Sequence record: SRR22947727_1968
DNA: 20,000 bases
Direction: 5' to 3' (one strand)
Part shown: in pieces, positions 18,019-20,000 of the stretch
Layout: each line of letters opens with the position of its first letter
Numbering within the stretch: position 1 is the stretch's first letter
Translations under genes and position numbers: made by a program
Notes under the pieces: model-generated
What the model saw: the letters and a program-made list of their open reading frames with translations, nothing else
Told to the model about the DNA's origin: nothing
Databases searched by the model: none

Positions 18019-18457
18019 GGGTCTGCCTCCAACACAGCATCATATCAGGCAGGTTGTAATCATTATCCTGCCCATCACTGGTCTCCACCACCTGAAAGCC
18101 CAAGCTGCGATAAAACCCCTGCGCCCTCCGGTCACTTTGAAACACCCAAAGCCGAAGCTGGTCACATTGGGATTGCGCATAGCTCATGGCCGCGCGCCCA
18201 AACCCGCGCCTTTGAAACTGCGAGCGAATATAAAGCGATTGCACGATATCCCTTTCCAGAGCCAAAAATCCAACGCACTGCCCCCGCCAGTGCAACATCG
18301 TCACCTCAGAGTGATCCAGCAAGACACGGCCATAATCGGCCCGCTCCACCGGATCATGCACCGGAGGAATCCAGCTGTTCGCCAGATACCATTCCTCCAA
18401 AATTGCGCTGATCTCTGTGGCATCAGACAGGTCAGCCCGAGTGAAATGCAGGCTCAC
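18011..18457 (-). CDS. GNAT-family N-acetyltransferase
   Basis: 148 aa from GTG 18457 (GGAG RBS, GTGA overlap with the ycjX stop). Motif A LYIRSQFQRRGFG, LWVFQ, AQGFYRSLGF and DNDYNLPD. Confidence 0.85.
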   Translation of the reverse strand: MSLHFTRADLSDATEISAILEEWYLANSWIPPVHDPVERADYGRVLLDHSEVTMLHWRGQCVGFLALERDIVQSLYIRSQFQRRGFGRAAMSYAQSQCDQLRLWVFQSDRRAQGFYRSLGFQVVETSDGQDNDYNLPDMMLCWRQTHG

Positions 18458-19866
18458 AAGACATCTCCAATCAAAAATTGCAGAGCTCGATCCAGGCGGA
18501 TATGGGGCGGTCCGTAGCCCGGCGGCAAAGACAATGGCGCCGGAGCAAAGGCTTGATCGTGAAACGCACCCTCCTCCCACTGCGAAACGCCGGCCCGGGC
18601 TTGCGCCATTACCCGCGCGGGCGAGGCTGGAAACTCCCCGGGATAAAATCCCACGGTCTTACCAGACCCCAGCGCCAAGCCCTTTACGGCAGGCAAGCTT
18701 TGCCCGTGCTTATCTAAATCAATCTCAACCGTATTGCGCAGGGCCGCCATCGCGATTGAGCTGGTCAAGGCTCCCTTGAACCGCGCCGTGTCCCGCGCCG
18801 ATTGCGTGAGCGCGGCCACCAAATCTTGCAATGCGCCATGCTGTAGGTGATGCAAGTGATCGGCCTTTGAGGCGGCAAATAAAATCCGGTCGATGCGCCG
18901 CCCGCGCAGCAATTCGCGCAAAAATCCCCGCTTTCCTGGACGAAACGCCCTCAAAATGCCTGTCATCGCCTGCTCAAGATCTGCGACGGCGGCCGGGCCG
19001 TCCGACAAGCTCTTCAGCAGATCCACCAAAACAATTTGCCGATCCAATTTTGCAAAATGATCGCGAAAGAACGGCTTCACGATCTTCTCCTGATAGGCCT
19101 CAAATCGCCGCTGCATTTCCGCACGCAAAGACCGCTTATCGCCCGCGCCCTTGGGCAAAGGCGCAAAGGTCAACACGGGGGACCCGGCCAAATCACCGGG
19201 CAAAAGCATGCGCCCCGGGGTTAAATTTGAAAACCCTGCTTGCCGCGCCGCTGTGAGATAGGCCGCATAGGCTTTGGCCAATTGGGAGGCACTGACATCA
19301 TCAAAGGGTTTTGCGCCGTCAACCGTGTTCAGTTTGGCGCAATATTCACTGGCCTGCGCGCGTCCTTCAGCCGATTGCAACGCTTGCTCTGACCACTGAT
19401 CATAGGTCAAATCCCATAACCCCAAATCAAGCAGCCATTCGCCGGGATAATCCACAATGTCCAGATGCACCGTTTTTGACGGCGCCATGGCCGCGAACAT
19501 CCCCTGCGGCGCCAGTCTGAACGACAGGCGCAACTGGCTGATGGTTTGGGTGCCCGGTGGCCATTGCGGCGCGGGGCGCAGTAACGAGTCGAGATTGGCC
19601 TCATAGTCAAAGCGCGCCAACGTATCATCGGGCTGAGGCTGTAAAAAGCTGGCCTGAATGCGCCCCTCACTGGCCGCCAAGAGCTGCGGCATCCGCCCAC
19701 GGTTCAGCAGATTGGCCACCAAAGAGGTGATGAACACAGTTTTTCCCGCACGGCTGAGCCCGGTCACCCCAAGCCGGATAACCCGATCAGTGAAACGCCC
19801 GGAGACCGCATCAACTGCGCTGCCCGCAGCATTGCCCAGGCGATCTGTCACTGAAGTTAAAACCAT
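18454..19866 (-). CDS. ycjX: YcjX-family P-loop GTP-binding stress protein
   Basis: RLGVTGLSRAGKTVFITSLV, LDIVDYPGEWLLDL, DRQIVLVD, ASKADHLH and PPHIRLDRALQFLIGD. Start ATG 19866 with AAGGGA RBS. Confidence 0.93.
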   Translation of the reverse strand: MVLTSVTDRLGNAAGSAVDAVSGRFTDRVIRLGVTGLSRAGKTVFITSLVANLLNRGRMPQLLAASEGRIQASFLQPQPDDTLARFDYEANLDSLLRPAPQWPPGTQTISQLRLSFRLAPQGMFAAMAPSKTVHLDIVDYPGEWLLDLGLWDLTYDQWSEQALQSAEGRAQASEYCAKLNTVDGAKPFDDVSASQLAKAYAAYLTAARQAGFSNLTPGRMLLPGDLAGSPVLTFAPLPKGAGDKRSLRAEMQRRFEAYQEKIVKPFFRDHFAKLDRQIVLVDLLKSLSDGPAAVADLEQAMTGILRAFRPGKRGFLRELLRGRRIDRILFAASKADHLHHLQHGALQDLVAALTQSARDTARFKGALTSSIAMAALRNTVEIDLDKHGQSLPAVKGLALGSGKTVGFYPGEFPASPARVMAQARAGVSQWEEGAFHDQAFAPAPLSLPPGYGPPHIRLDRALQFLIGDVL

Positions 19867-19890
19867 AGGGTCCCTTTGTCTTTGTCTCAT

Positions 19891-19919
19891 AGATAGGAAG
19901 CTGTGTCCGCTTTGCCTAG
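19891..19919 (-). promoter_or_regulatory. Putative RpoH-like promoter of ycjX
   Basis: CTAGGC-N16-CCTATCT, similar to alphaproteobacterial RpoH consensus CTTG(C/A)(C/A)-N15-16-CCTAT(C/A)T. ycjXF is sigma32-controlled in E. coli. Confidence 0.4.
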
Positions 19920-20000
19920 GCTTAAACTGTCCCATGCGCGCATCTAAAAGACCTCCGCATAACGCCATTTCAACACGACATGAGCGCAGCGCCTGCCGGG

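Noticed and set aside
19923-20000. Possible divergent gene starting at ATG 19934 after TAAACT
   Set aside because: Only 22 codons are visible and unrecognisable; it cannot be supported within the window.
1-20000. CRISPR arrays, IS elements, tRNA/rRNA genes, tandem repeats, frameshifted genes
   Set aside because: None seen by eye. Intergenic gaps are short and accounted for, and all main ORFs appear intact.

Overview
Core-genome window of an alphaproteobacterium, most likely marine Roseobacter group (Rhodobacterales), inferred from gene content and order. Left to right: 3' part of a non-pyrrolysine MttB-family methyltransferase, a 6S RNA (not in the ORF track), a RecD-like helicase, an ethylmalonyl-CoA pathway cluster (ccr, a PlsB-like acyltransferase, ecm), priA, tal-DUF484-xerC, pcs, an EamA transporter, ileS, and a ycjX-GNAT-ycjF operon. 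No mobile element, CRISPR array or clear pseudogene was seen. The most interesting signals are non-coding. (1) A 15-aa Ile-rich, near-leaderless leader peptide ([15 protein letters not shown]) with two hairpins lies directly upstream of ileS, suggesting ribosome-mediated attenuation. (2) PhaR-like operators lie upstream of both ccr and ecm/plsB. (3) A GNAT gene is translationally coupled between ycjX and ycjF. All calls come from reading the sequence and recalling family motifs; no searches were run.
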